From positions 26,034 through 90,033 of the forward strand of contig CAIOCT010000039.1 in NCBI GenBank assembly GCA_903856725.1: a stretch of DNA of 64,000 nt, in the 5' to 3' direction. Below the pieces are notes generated by a model, which was given only the letters and a program-made list of their open reading frames with translations, ran no database searches and was not told the origin of the DNA. The stretch comes from an uncultured Verrucomicrobiota bacterium (GTDB lineage Bacteria; Verrucomicrobiota; Verrucomicrobiia; Opitutales; Opitutaceae). Of the stretch, positions 31,544-40,268 are shown one piece after another (position 1 is the stretch's first letter; each line of letters begins with the position of its first letter). A program made the translations under genes and the position numbers.

Positions 31544-33415
31544 TTAGTCCGAGAAGGCCATCCGTGAATTGGTCTGTAAATATTCAGCAATCGTCCGAGT
31601 GAAAATCCCCCCAAATTCAGCGCGCTTCTTTTCGCCGACGCCAGTGATGCCTTCCAGCGTTTTTAGCTGAACGGGATAAGCGCGCGCCATTTGGCGGAGG
31701 GTGGCATCGCCAAAAATAATATAAGCGGGTACCTGGCGTTCGTCGGCGAGTCGCTTGCGCAGGGTGCGGAGGCGTTCGAAGAGGATTTCATCGCAGGTGA
31801 TGTCGCCTTCGCGGCGCGCGCTTCGCTTTGCTTTCGGTAAGTCCATTGGCTTGGTGAGCGTGATGGGGGTGCGGGCCAGCAGGACGGTGCGGCCGGCTGG
31901 AGTGAGCTCGAGCGTCGCAAATTCGCCTTCCGTGACGGCGAGGTAGCCGAGGCGCATTAACTCACGCCCGATGTGGGCCCAGTGCGGGCGGCCCAAATCC
32001 TTGCCGATCCCGTAAGTGGTTAGGCGATCATGACCCCATTTGCGGATTTTTTCAGTGTCGGCACCAGTCAGCACCTCGGTGAGGTGGTTCATCCCGACGC
32101 TAAAGCTGCTGTTTTGGGCGATGCGGTAGACGCAGGAGAGGAATTTTTGGGCTACGAGAGTGCCGTCGTAGGTTTCGCGTGGCTCAAGGCAGTTGTCACA
32201 GGCGCCGCAGTTATCGAGCGGAAATTTTTCACCAAAATAATCCAAGAGCTCCGCGCGGCGGCAACTGCCACTCTCGGCGTAGTGGACAATTTGGCGGAGT
32301 TGGGCGCGGGCGATCGTTTGTTCGTGCGCGTTCGTGATCTCGTCGAGGAAGTGGGTTTGTTTCGCAATATCGCCGGCGCTGAAGAGGAGCAGGCAATCGC
32401 CAGGCAGGCCATCGCGGCCCGCGCGGCCGGTTTCCTGATAATATCCCTCAATGTTTTTGGGCAGGTCATGGTGGATAACCCAGCGAACGTTTGGTTTGTT
32501 GATGCCCATGCCGAAAGCGATCGTCGCGCAGATGATCCGCGTTTCATCGCGGAGAAAAAGTTCTTGGTTGCGCGAACGTTCCGCGGCGTCGAGTCCCGCG
32601 TGGTAGGGACGGGCGAGGAAGCCGCGACCAGCCAGTGATTCGGCCACGCGTTCTGCGGTGGCTCGACTCGCGCAGTAGATGATGCCGCTTTCGGTTTCCC
32701 GCGTCCGGACGAAATTGATGATTTGTTTCGCTGGCTGATCTTTGGGGATGACGCGGTAAGACAAATTGGGGCGGTTGAAACTGGCGACAAAGGTGTGCGG
32801 TCCGGTCAGGCGGAGATGTTTGATGATATCATCGCGCACGCGGCCGGTGGCGGTCGCCGTGAGGGCCATAACAGGTACACCCGGTAGCAGGTCGCGCAGC
32901 TTAGCAATTTGGCGATATTCGGGGCGAAAATCGTGACCCCATTCAGAAATGCAATGGGCTTCATCGATGGCTAGAGCGGTGACATTCCAGCCCTTTAGGT
33001 TGGCTTGCCAATTGTCGAGCATCAGGCGTTCGGGTGCGACGTACAGCAGGCGCCATTCGCCACGGTGCAAGCCGCTCAGGCGGGAGCGGGCTTCATCTGC
33101 GCTGAGGGTGGAGTTCAGGTAGGTGGCGGCAACACCGGCGGCTTGCAACTGATCAACTTGGTCTTTCATCAACGCGATCAGCGGTGAGACCACGACCGTC
33201 AGGCCTGGGCGAAGGAGGGCCGGCAGTTGAAAGCAAAGCGATTTACCACCCCCGGTGGGCAAGAGGGCAAAAACATCCTGATCAGCCAGCGCGGCCTCAA
33301 TGATCTCGCGTTGCAGTGGACGGAAAGCTCCGTAGCCGAAGGTAGTTTTAAGGGTGAGGAGAAGGTCATCCACAGGAAGAGGAGTGTGGATGGGGGAGCA
33401 ATCGTTAGCCGGCAA
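31544..33415 (-). CDS. recQ: ATP-dependent DNA helicase RecQ
   Basis: PTGGGKSLC, DEAHCISEWGHDFRPEY, YYQETGRAGRDG, Zn-binding RQC, HRDC (RQVPAYIIFGDATL). Confidence 0.97.
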   Translation of the reverse strand: MPANDCSPIHTPLPVDDLLLTLKTTFGYGAFRPLQREIIEAALADQDVFALLPTGGGKSLCFQLPALLRPGLTVVVSPLIALMKDQVDQLQAAGVAATYLNSTLSADEARSRLSGLHRGEWRLLYVAPERLMLDNWQANLKGWNVTALAIDEAHCISEWGHDFRPEYRQIAKLRDLLPGVPVMALTATATGRVRDDIIKHLRLTGPHTFVASFNRPNLSYRVIPKDQPAKQIINFVRTRETESGIIYCASRATAERVAESLAGRGFLARPYHAGLDAAERSRNQELFLRDETRIICATIAFGMGINKPNVRWVIHHDLPKNIEGYYQETGRAGRDGLPGDCLLLFSAGDIAKQTHFLDEITNAHEQTIARAQLRQIVHYAESGSCRRAELLDYFGEKFPLDNCGACDNCLEPRETYDGTLVAQKFLSCVYRIAQNSSFSVGMNHLTEVLTGADTEKIRKWGHDRLTTYGIGKDLGRPHWAHIGRELMRLGYLAVTEGEFATLELTPAGRTVLLARTPITLTKPMDLPKAKRSARREGDITCDEILFERLRTLRKRLADERQVPAYIIFGDATLRQMARAYPVQLKTLEGITGVGEKKRAEFGGIFTRTIAEYLQTNSRMAFSD

Positions 33416-33566
33416 GCTCTCAACCTACGTAATTTGGGGCTATGCCGTTTTGATCGCAGATGAGTGGCGGTGCCTCATCGGATAATTTTCTAGTTATCGA
33501 TCAAAACTGTGACACCTCGTCTCATTTCCCGTTGACCGAAGGGAGCACTCTTAGAAAGATGGCCGC

Positions 33567-34940
33567 ATGGTCCCCAGTGTTCTAATCGTCGATGACGAAA
33601 AGCATACCCGCGAAGGTTTGCAGCAGGCTTTGCAGGAACATTACGACGTGTCGGTGGCTGCCAGTGCCGATGAAGCCTTTAATTTAATGGAAGCGCAGGA
33701 ATTCGAGGTCATCTTGACCGATTTGCGGATGCCGGGGAAAAGCGGGCTAAAGGTCATCGATAAGGCGCTGACGCTCGTGAACAAGCCGGCGGTATTGATG
33801 ATGACGGCTTACGGTAATATTGAGTCCGCCGTAGAAGCGATGAAGCGTGGGGCGGTAGATTTTCTGACCAAGCCGGTCCAGATAGAGCGCTTGGAAATTC
33901 TGATTCAGCGGGCCTTGAAAACCAAAACCTTAGAGGTGGAGGTGAAACAGTTGCACGAACGGCTCGACCATAAATTTAATATTGAAGGCATCGTCGGGCA
34001 TTCCACCAAATTGGTTGAAGTGATTGCGCGCATGAAGCTGGTCGCGCCATCGAAGGCGACGATTTTAATCGAAGGCGAGACGGGCACGGGCAAAGAATTA
34101 ATTGCGCAGGCAATTCATCAGGCGAGTCCTCGGGCGCGGGCACCCTTTGTGCCGGTGCACTGTGCTGCGTTGCCAGCGGCGCTGCTGGAGAGCGAATTAT
34201 TCGGACATGAGCGGGGCTCTTTTACCGGCGCCACGGAGCGCCGGGAGGGACGGTTTGAAAGTGCCGATGGGGGGACGATATTTTTAGATGAAATCGGGGA
34301 GATTGGCCCAGAAATTCAGGTCAAATTACTCCGCTTCATCGAAACTAAAAGTTTTGAGCGCATTGGTAGTACCAAGACGATCACGGTTGATGTCCGATTG
34401 GTGGCGGCGACCAACCGCAATCTTGAGCAGATGGTGAAGGAAGGAAAATTTCGAGAGGACTTATTTTTCCGACTCAATGTGGTGCGCATCACCATGCCGC
34501 CATTGCGGGAACGGACCGATGATATTCCGGTGCTGCTGGAGCATTTCATTAAAATGTATGCGGCTGAGAATGCCTACGAACCGGTCTTAATTGAGTCGGG
34601 GGCCATGCAGCATCTCCAACGCTATCCGTGGCCAGGTAATATTCGCGAGCTGCGCAATTTTTCTGAGAACGCCGTCGTATTGCGCCGGGGCGGCAAAATT
34701 ACGGAGTTCGATCTGGAGCCTAAATTTCGGGGAGAAGTGGCCCCGCCCCCTTCCTTGCAGACGCCGAGCCCAGCGAATCCCTATTCCGTGGAGGCTCATG
34801 CTAAAATTTTGTTACGGGAGGCGCTGATGAAAGCCCGCGGTAATCGCACGAAAGCCGCCCAATTGCTCGGTATCAGTCGCCGGACTTTACACCGTAAGTT
34901 GGCGCAGTCACCTGAGCTCGATGTGCTCGATCGGGGATGA
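33567..34940 (+). CDS. NtrC-family sigma-54-dependent response regulator
   Basis: Receiver domain (VDDE, TDLRMP), [26 protein letters not shown], Fis-type HTH. Confidence 0.95.
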   Translation: MVPSVLIVDDEKHTREGLQQALQEHYDVSVAASADEAFNLMEAQEFEVILTDLRMPGKSGLKVIDKALTLVNKPAVLMMTAYGNIESAVEAMKRGAVDFLTKPVQIERLEILIQRALKTKTLEVEVKQLHERLDHKFNIEGIVGHSTKLVEVIARMKLVAPSKATILIEGETGTGKELIAQAIHQASPRARAPFVPVHCAALPAALLESELFGHERGSFTGATERREGRFESADGGTIFLDEIGEIGPEIQVKLLRFIETKSFERIGSTKTITVDVRLVAATNRNLEQMVKEGKFREDLFFRLNVVRITMPPLRERTDDIPVLLEHFIKMYAAENAYEPVLIESGAMQHLQRYPWPGNIRELRNFSENAVVLRRGGKITEFDLEPKFRGEVAPPPSLQTPSPANPYSVEAHAKILLREALMKARGNRTKAAQLLGISRRTLHRKLAQSPELDVLDRG

Positions 34941-35001
34941 GGCTTTTTATTCTGAGTCGATTAGCTCGGTCCAGTTGCTCCTTTAGCTTTGGCTTGCACG
35001 C

Positions 35002-36765
35002 ATGAAATCGAGTCAGGAATTTATTCATTGGCTTGAGCAAGGGCGTGGCGGGCGGTGGCTCCGGCGGGCGGCGGTGATTGTGGCCGCATTATTGCTGACC
35101 ACAATTTATGCGTGGAAACAGTTTCATGGTATTCCCAGCGAATTTGTGATGCAGCAAGCGGTGCTGGGGCGGCAGTTGGCCCAGGGTAAAGGATTCACAA
35201 CGCTCGTTAACTACCCCCAAACTTATGCGGTGCTGCAGGCCCAAGGTCAGCCCTTTGCTGAGGGGCGCGTTTATCCGGAGCTGCAGCATGCGCCCCTTTA
35301 TGCGCTGACGTTGGCTGCCGTTTTTAAGCTGTTGCCTGCAGCCAGTTGGGCCCATCGACCCGTCGCGCCCGATGGCTGGGGGCCCGATTATGGCGTGCTA
35401 CTGATTAATCTGATTTTATTCTGGGTGGCCGTGGTGCTGGTCTGGCGACTGGCGGCTAAATTATTTGATGAGCGGGCGGCTTGGCTAGCGGCACTGGCTA
35501 CGGCAATTTCGGTGACCCTTTGGCAGCAAACGGTGGCCCTGACCGGTCTGCCATTGTTCATGGTGCTCGTTTTGGCTGTATTTAATGTGCTTCACCGTTT
35601 CGAAGAACAGTGGACAGAATCACCCCAATTTAATCTGCAGCTCGCTAGCCGCAGTGCTTGGCTCGGTGGGCTGGGGGCGCTCCTATTTTTAACAGAATAT
35701 TCTGGCGGATTGGTGGCGTTGGTGATCGGCGGTTATTTGGCGCTCCGTCTGACGGGACCGAGGCGCTGGGCTTTGCTGGGAATATTTGGCTTAGGGCTAT
35801 TATTGCCAGTGGCGCCCTGGTTGGTGCGAAATACCTTGGTGGTCGGCCATCCCCTGGGGTTGGCTGGACAAAATTTGGCCTTAAAATCGGGTGATCTGAT
35901 GGCGGAGCCCGCCATGCAACGGAATCGGGCGACCGTTGAGGCGCCAGTCTTAGATTTAAAAAAATTGGGCAACAAGGGCTTGACCGGTATGGAGCTGAAT
36001 TTGCGCGAGCGGATTTGGTCGGGAGGAGGGCTGATGCTGACAGCCTTTTTTATCGCGGGATTAGCCTATCAATTTCGGCACGGTCCCGTGAATCGCGTGC
36101 GTTGGTGTTTTGCCGCTGTGCTCTTGGTTTTGATGGTGGCCCAACCTTATTTAAATTCGGGCGAGAGCCCGCGCCTGCCTGCCTATTATTTGGCGCCATT
36201 GATCATCATTTTCGGGTCAGGCTTTTTCTTTGTGCTGGTGGATAGCCAAGTCCAGTTGCTCGGGCCGTGGCGCGTGGTGGTGGTCGCCTTGTTGCTATTA
36301 CAGGGTTTGCCCTTGGTGCGGGACTGCCTAGAGCCGCGGAAAATCCATTTTTATTATCCGCCTTATTACCCCAATCTATTTATGGAATTGAAGCGTGATA
36401 TGCAGAATCGATTTCTGGCAGGCACGGGGGTGGCGACTGATGTTCCGGCGGGCACGGCTTGGTATGGGCAGCTCCGAGTGTGGGCTAAGCCGGAACGATT
36501 GCGGGATTTTTCGCAAATGATCGTGGAGCAGAATATTGGCGCCTTGTTATTGACGCCCGTAACTTTGGATCGGCCATTTTTTACTGAGCTAGCGGCCCGC
36601 ACCGGTGAAGCGATTAATTTGAGTGACGCGGGCGGTTGGGGGGGGGTCTATGGGGGGCTCGTGACTCGGCGGATGCCAGCTAATTTTCCGCTGAATCTGC
36701 CGCCCCAAAAGCTGACTGAAAACATGGTTCTGTTGGTCAATCCGCAAACGCTTCTGACGCGGTGA
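35002..36765 (+). CDS. Polytopic GT-C-fold (ArnT/PMT-like) membrane glycosyltransferase
   Basis: ~11 TM segments, HAPLYALTLA loop motif, PWLVRN; heads a polysaccharide export cluster. Confidence 0.65.
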   Translation: MKSSQEFIHWLEQGRGGRWLRRAAVIVAALLLTTIYAWKQFHGIPSEFVMQQAVLGRQLAQGKGFTTLVNYPQTYAVLQAQGQPFAEGRVYPELQHAPLYALTLAAVFKLLPAASWAHRPVAPDGWGPDYGVLLINLILFWVAVVLVWRLAAKLFDERAAWLAALATAISVTLWQQTVALTGLPLFMVLVLAVFNVLHRFEEQWTESPQFNLQLASRSAWLGGLGALLFLTEYSGGLVALVIGGYLALRLTGPRRWALLGIFGLGLLLPVAPWLVRNTLVVGHPLGLAGQNLALKSGDLMAEPAMQRNRATVEAPVLDLKKLGNKGLTGMELNLRERIWSGGGLMLTAFFIAGLAYQFRHGPVNRVRWCFAAVLLVLMVAQPYLNSGESPRLPAYYLAPLIIIFGSGFFFVLVDSQVQLLGPWRVVVVALLLLQGLPLVRDCLEPRKIHFYYPPYYPNLFMELKRDMQNRFLAGTGVATDVPAGTAWYGQLRVWAKPERLRDFSQMIVEQNIGALLLTPVTLDRPFFTELAARTGEAINLSDAGGWGGVYGGLVTRRMPANFPLNLPPQKLTENMVLLVNPQTLLTR

Positions 36766-38006
36766 AATTAAATTGCAATAACTGGGGGGCTGGGGCTTAT
36801 GTGCGGCGAATAAAAGCCTCAGCCTTGCTCCTAAAATTACGTCGGTGTTCATTTTTTTTGGCCGCGCTCATGCCTTCTTTGGTGTGGGCCGTTTATGCGC
36901 CCATTCCCGAGCAGGAGCAAGGGAAGGCGCTGACTTATCGCCTCGGGTCAGCCATCTACCAAGATAGTAATATTTTTGGCGGTGCCACCGGTGAGATTAG
37001 CAGTCTCGTTTACAATTTTAATGGGGCGCTCTCTTATAATGGCTCCCTGTCGGATCAGACTTTTGCCTCCGCCGCTTATGAGCTCAATAACGACCATGTT
37101 GTGGATCGGCCAGGTAAACAAAATCTCACGAGCCATATTTTAAATGCGCGGCTTGCCCATGCTTTCTCGCCGGCGACCAGTTTAGATTTAGCGGGTGCTT
37201 ATAATATCGCGAAGAATCCTCAATCGTTACTGGCGGGGGTGCCGTTGAATACGGACCAGTCTAATGATCGCGGGCAAATGGATATTCGTTTTCTGACAGC
37301 GGCTAGTCAGAAGCTGAGTGTCGCGGCAAAGTATCGCTTGATCACTTATCGCTACGATAACCCCACGCTAGCGGCTGATCTCGATCGCACCGAAAATTTA
37401 TTGGGCGGCGAGCTGGGGTACGCCTTGTTGCCTGAAACCAAGCTGCTGGCTGAATATCGCTATCAAGCGATCGGCTATCGCTCCGCGGCGATCTTTAAGG
37501 ACAAGACCTCGCATTTTTTGTTAGCTGGCCTGGATTACAACCCCAGCGAAAAGACCATGCTCGCCGGACGAGTGGGTGGGGAGGCGCGCAATCGTTCAGC
37601 GGCGCCTGAGACAACTGCACCTTACGTGGAATTAAGTGCGCGCTATACCTATGGGGAAGGCTCCTTCCTGGCGAGCGGCTATACTTATACGCTCGAAGAA
37701 CCTTCGGACGTGAATCGCTTTACCGACACCAAAGTTAATCGGATTTTTGTTAACTTGCAGCATCGGCTGTCGGGTTTGCTGACAGCTTCAGGCTCCTTGA
37801 GTTATGAACCCTCGCAGTTGCAGGGGCGCGGGCTGCAAATAAATGTTGATGAAAAAACGACGCGGGTGGGTCTCGGGCTATCCTGGCAGCCGACTAAAAA
37901 TTGGACGGCTAACCTGAGTGGCGATTTTGATCGAGTAAACTCGGATGATGCGAGCCGTGGGCAAAGCCGCAACCGCTATGGGCTCTCGGCGCGTTACACG
38001 TTTTAA
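36762..38006 (+). CDS. Outer-membrane beta-barrel protein of polysaccharide export loci (start uncertain)
   Basis: Alternating Tyr/aromatic beta-strand pattern; C-terminal RYGLSARYTF; located before wzc. Confidence 0.75.
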   Translation: MKLNCNNWGAGAYVRRIKASALLLKLRRCSFFLAALMPSLVWAVYAPIPEQEQGKALTYRLGSAIYQDSNIFGGATGEISSLVYNFNGALSYNGSLSDQTFASAAYELNNDHVVDRPGKQNLTSHILNARLAHAFSPATSLDLAGAYNIAKNPQSLLAGVPLNTDQSNDRGQMDIRFLTAASQKLSVAAKYRLITYRYDNPTLAADLDRTENLLGGELGYALLPETKLLAEYRYQAIGYRSAAIFKDKTSHFLLAGLDYNPSEKTMLAGRVGGEARNRSAAPETTAPYVELSARYTYGEGSFLASGYTYTLEEPSDVNRFTDTKVNRIFVNLQHRLSGLLTASGSLSYEPSQLQGRGLQINVDEKTTRVGLGLSWQPTKNWTANLSGDFDRVNSDDASRGQSRNRYGLSARYTF

Positions 38007-38023
38007 GCGGCCCCAGCCGGCTT

Positions 38024-40189
38024 ATGTCTTCTCTCTCACCTAGCAAAGATACGGCCTCATTAGGCGATCTAGTGAATCTGCTGCGATTGCGGCAGACTTT
38101 AATTTTTCTCATCCTTGCCTTAGTCGTACTGACGACGCTGGGGGTCACCGCCCTTTTGCCTAAATGGTATCTGGCAACCGCCAAAATTCGGGTCGAAAAA
38201 CCGGAGAGTGAAGTTAAATTATTTCAGGCGCAAAACAGCAGCTACTACGATCCGTCCTTCATTCAAGATCAGTTTGAGATTCTGCAGTCCGAGAAAATTC
38301 TCTACCCGGTTATCACTCATTTGGGGCTAAATACTATTCTCGGCCAGCAACTGAACGACGGGGTGGCCCTTCCGGCAGCCATCAGCTATCAATATCTGCT
38401 GAGTAAAATGCTGCGCGTCGAGTCGCGTCGTGGCACCTCAATCATCGAATTAAATGTTTATGCGCGGGATCCAGCGCTGGCCGCGGCCATCGCTAACGAC
38501 ATCGGGCGCGTGTACGCCGAAGATCGTATTTCGCTCGCGACGGCTGATCAACGCGAGGGTCTTGCACAATTGCGCAAAGAGTTCGTCAAGCAGGAGCAGG
38601 TGTTGGTCGCCCAGCGCGACCACGTCGAAAAATTGCGCAAAGAATTAAACGTAGCGGGGGTTGATCTCAGTCAGCGCTACACCGATATGGATGTGGAGAC
38701 GCTGCGGCAGATGCAGAATTCCTTGATCGCTTTGCGGGTTGATACGATTGGCCGCAAGACTCGCTGGGAGCGCTTTCACGGCATCAGCACGGAGGACCGA
38801 CGCAATGTGGTGAATTCTGAGCTGATCCAGGATGTGAATATTCAGAATCTATTACAGGCCTATCTCATTTCCGACCAACATGTCACTAAGCTCAAGGGAC
38901 GCCTCGGGGAGGCCCACCCCGATCTGATCGCGGCGTTGCAGAACAGCGCTAAAATCCAGCAGCAGCTGGATGATCAGTTGCGGGGTTATGAAAGCTCACT
39001 CGAGATGGCCTATAAAGAGGCAGAGGCGCGGGTGACTGAACTCGAGCGGCAATTGGCGCAGGCGAAGGTCGCGCAGATTCTTTCTGCACGCGAACGGATG
39101 CGCCCTTTCGAAGAAGCTACGACCAAGCTAGATGACGAGCAGCGTCTGCTGACTACGCTCAAGCTCACACTCCGGCAACGGGAGATTGATTTTCAGGTAC
39201 CCAAGAAAACTATCGAAATTCTTAACACCGCGGAGCCAGCCCGCTTCGCCAGCAAGCCTAATTGGGCGCTTAATATTTTATTCGCTTTCATTTTTGGCGG
39301 CCTCTTGGGCCTTGGCGCGGCAGTCTTATTTGAATATCTCGACACAAGTTTTCACAATGTCGCAGACGTGGAGCGTAAATTGCAGCTGGCCGTGCTTGGG
39401 GTGGTGCCGCATGTGGGCGAGCCGGACGAGCGACACGCTGTCAATTCACCGGAGGGCGAACCTTACCGCGTGCTCCAGACTAATATTAATCTCGCGCTGC
39501 GTGCGGGTCAGTCCACGGCTTTGGTGATGTTGTCAGCCGGCCCTGGCGAAGGTAAATCGACCACGTTGCGGCAAGTGGCGCTTTGCATGGCGGCGGCGGG
39601 CGAAAAAGTTCTCCTGATTGACTCAGATGTCCGCCGGCCGACGCAGCATCGTCTCGCTGATTTGCCGCGCGAACCTGGTTTGACAGATATTTTGCTGAAT
39701 AAAACTACAGCGGCCCAAGCCATTACGCGGGATTCCTCTGGGTTGTTTGATTTTCTGCCAGCGGGGGCGTCGGCTAACCAAGTGACCCTTGGGCTTCTCT
39801 ATGTGGGCAAGTTGCGAGAACTCGTTGGTGAATTTAAGCAGCGCTATGATAAAATTCTCTTCGATGCTCCGCCCATCATCGGCGTGAGCGATGCTTCGGT
39901 ACTCGTGAGTATCAGCGACCAAGTTATCTTACTTATCCAACATCGGCGTAACCCTGAAAGCATGGTGCAACGGGCGCGCCAGATCATCGAGGGCTTAAAG
40001 GTGCCAATTATTGGCGTGGTGCTCAATCAAGTGCCGACCGGAACCGGGGAAGATTATAGTTACTATACAAATAATTATTCTTATTACGCACACGATCCGG
40101 CCGTAGATAAGTTGTCGGAGTCAGGCACTCGGGGCAAAAAAGCTGATCGGCTGGATTGGGCAGAGCAGACTCGGCGTAAAAAAAGCTAG
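38024..40189 (+). CDS. Wzc/GumC-family polysaccharide co-polymerase with BY-kinase domain
   Basis: Two TM helices around a coiled coil; GPGEGKST, LIDSDVRRP, ILFDAPP; Tyr cluster DYSYYTNNYSYY. Confidence 0.92.
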   Translation: MSSLSPSKDTASLGDLVNLLRLRQTLIFLILALVVLTTLGVTALLPKWYLATAKIRVEKPESEVKLFQAQNSSYYDPSFIQDQFEILQSEKILYPVITHLGLNTILGQQLNDGVALPAAISYQYLLSKMLRVESRRGTSIIELNVYARDPALAAAIANDIGRVYAEDRISLATADQREGLAQLRKEFVKQEQVLVAQRDHVEKLRKELNVAGVDLSQRYTDMDVETLRQMQNSLIALRVDTIGRKTRWERFHGISTEDRRNVVNSELIQDVNIQNLLQAYLISDQHVTKLKGRLGEAHPDLIAALQNSAKIQQQLDDQLRGYESSLEMAYKEAEARVTELERQLAQAKVAQILSARERMRPFEEATTKLDDEQRLLTTLKLTLRQREIDFQVPKKTIEILNTAEPARFASKPNWALNILFAFIFGGLLGLGAAVLFEYLDTSFHNVADVERKLQLAVLGVVPHVGEPDERHAVNSPEGEPYRVLQTNINLALRAGQSTALVMLSAGPGEGKSTTLRQVALCMAAAGEKVLLIDSDVRRPTQHRLADLPREPGLTDILLNKTTAAQAITRDSSGLFDFLPAGASANQVTLGLLYVGKLRELVGEFKQRYDKILFDAPPIIGVSDASVLVSISDQVILLIQHRRNPESMVQRARQIIEGLKVPIIGVVLNQVPTGTGEDYSYYTNNYSYYAHDPAVDKLSESGTRGKKADRLDWAEQTRRKKS

Positions 40190-40268
40190 CGCGCGGCTGA
40201 GTTAAGCCAAAGGAAGCAGGCTTGTCAGGGTGGTACCCAAGGCTTTGACTGCCCGCTCATCCCGACTC

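Noticed and set aside
32030-32790. Long alternative ORFs (202 aa on +, 212 aa on -) inside recQ; similar ones lie inside metH, katG, sucCD and valS
   Set aside because: Shadow ORFs expected from GC-rich codon bias, fully nested in well-supported genes
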